The notes below the pieces were generated by a model. It worked only from the letters and a program-made list of their open reading frames with translations. It was not told the DNA's origin and made no database searches. DNA of 64,000 nucleotides. Origin: Rhina ancylostomus (lineage: Eukaryota). The stretch spans positions 14,896,197 through 14,960,196 of the forward strand of contig JARFYF010000061.1 in NCBI GenBank assembly GCA_030265395.1. The letters run 5' to 3'. This document shows, in pieces, positions 1 to 64,000 of the stretch. Each line of letters starts with the position of its first letter. Positions within the stretch are counted from its first letter, which is position 1. Made by a program: the position numbers and the translations under genes.

Positions 1-388
1 TGTGCAACTTCATAATGTGTGCACAAGTTCACCAAAATCCTTGCAAATACCAATAGTTCCCATTCCCTTCACCAAAACAAAATACTCATCTTTTCTATAT
101 TCCCATCAAAATGGATCATTTCTGCACATTATATTCTACCTGCCAGATTCTTGCCCACTCAATCCAACTACATATCTTTGCAGTCTGACTGTGTCTACCT
201 CAGAGCCTGCATTCTTGCCTGGCTTTATCTTGAGCACTAGATGCTCTGCCCTTTCAGCTGAGTCACTGGTAAAGATCTAACCAACTATGGCCCAGTACTT
301 CAAGAATCATCACACCTAACCCTTGCCTTTCACCAGATTGGTCCTGGTTCTACCTCAAGGCAACTTGCCCATGAAGAATGGAACCTAC

Positions 389-62668
<62,280 letters not shown>

Positions 62669-64000
62669 CTGCAAAGAAAACAGAGGCAGGAAATTCTGTT
62701 TTGCTCTATAAAATGATCCTTTATCCAAACACCAGATGTACAACTGTTAGAGGATTATTCAGGCTTCTATCTTAATATCCAAGTGGAGAAAATTTCTCTT
62801 GACAAAAATCCTACCTTGAGCTAATCATCACAGGATTTGCTAATTCCAAAACAAAATGTGGCCATTTGCAGCAATATTGACTCAAAAACTTTTAAATTTT
62901 TTTCAGATTTTATTTACAGCGTGGTAACAGGCCCTTCTGGCCCAACAAGTCCAGGCCGCACATTTTAAACCCCATATTAACCTACTCTAAAGAAAACGTT
63001 AACCTAAAGAAAACGTTCTTTAGAACATTTAGAAAATTGTTAAACAGTACAATTTTGCAATCAGGCATCTTAAATACATAGATTATGTGCAACACATTCT
63101 TGTTCCATTTCACGTTAGTGTGTGGAATTTAAGGGCACAAAGTTAGCACAGTGACACTGAACTCAGCTCAAATACAAACCAGAATGAAATACAACAGCCT
63201 CAGTCAATTACAAGTTTCTCAAGTGATAAAAGTTTATTGTCGTATGCACAGGTGCAATGAAAAACTTACTTGCAGCAACATCACAGGCACATAGCATCAG
63301 CTATATATCATTCATAAACACAAATTATACCCAATTTTTACAAGACCACAATTAGAACAAAGAAAAAACAAGGTCCATTATGGGGCAAAGTGGTCATGGT
63401 GTTGCTATACTGAGGTAGTGATTCAGGTTGTGCAGATTGGTTCAAGAACTGAATGGTTGAAGGGAAGTAGCTGTTATAAACATAATATGATCTAATACAA
63501 TATAAATTTATATCATCCTATACTCAATTCAACCTGATGACTTGTGCAATCTAATTTGTTATTCCTGGTGAGAAAAGCCAACAAAAACCAAGGAAGGCAC
63601 TTGAATTAGTCCACTTCCATCAAACATTAAAAACTGCATCACTTGGTTTCTCTCTCAGCAAGGATCATTTCCTCAGCCAGACACACAGAGGCTTCCACCC
63701 AAGTTAAAAAGTCAGAAGCACTCTCCAGACTTGCCTCCCCATGACCCACTGTCTACTTTTAATCTGCACCTTGAACACTAAACAAGGTTGGAAAAAGGCC
63801 ACAGGGTGAACACAGGCACCAGGTTGCATCCTGTCACTCTGATACAGTCTGTCCCTGGGTGATCACATTGCCAACATCTCAGCAAGCTGATTTCATTTTG
63901 GTCCAGTTTCATGGTGCAGTGCATCACACACAAACACAGTCTGTAATAAATTGAACTGAAAGATTTATGCTTTGGCTCTTGTACACATCACCTCAGTTTG

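Overview
This window is vertebrate genomic DNA, not prokaryotic. The repeat content (HE1/V-SINE-like SINEs, CR1, Rex1/Babar, Penelope, Deu-domain SINEs) points to a cartilaginous fish, which is an inference. The whole window is the interior of an unconventional myosin-Va gene (MYO5A) on the minus strand. I traced 18 conventional GT-AG coding exons with consistent phases, equivalent to human exons about 6-16 and 19-25 (numbering from memory). They cover the motor domain, six IQ motifs, the proximal coiled coil and the PEST region. The two motor/converter exons (17 and 18) could not be found and probably lie in an assembly gap. The main hidden signals are: (1) a candidate 3-nt (AAG, Lys) microexon at 30299-30301 with SRRM3/4-type neural microexon architecture, just ahead of the actin-binding loop 2 exon; (2) minimal hammerhead-ribozyme motifs in Penelope-derived terminal repeats in the introns, several on the pre-mRNA strand and all carrying core or stem mutations; (3) a Phe-to-Leu change in the near-invariant ERNYHIFY motif; (4) a stack of overlapping perfect hairpins next to the exon 13 donor; (5) a V-SINE whose tail resembles the local Rex1/Babar LINE tail. 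There are 13 N-gaps, several with duplicated flanks that look like scaffolding artefacts. Most ORFs in the supplied track are spurious or repeat-derived.
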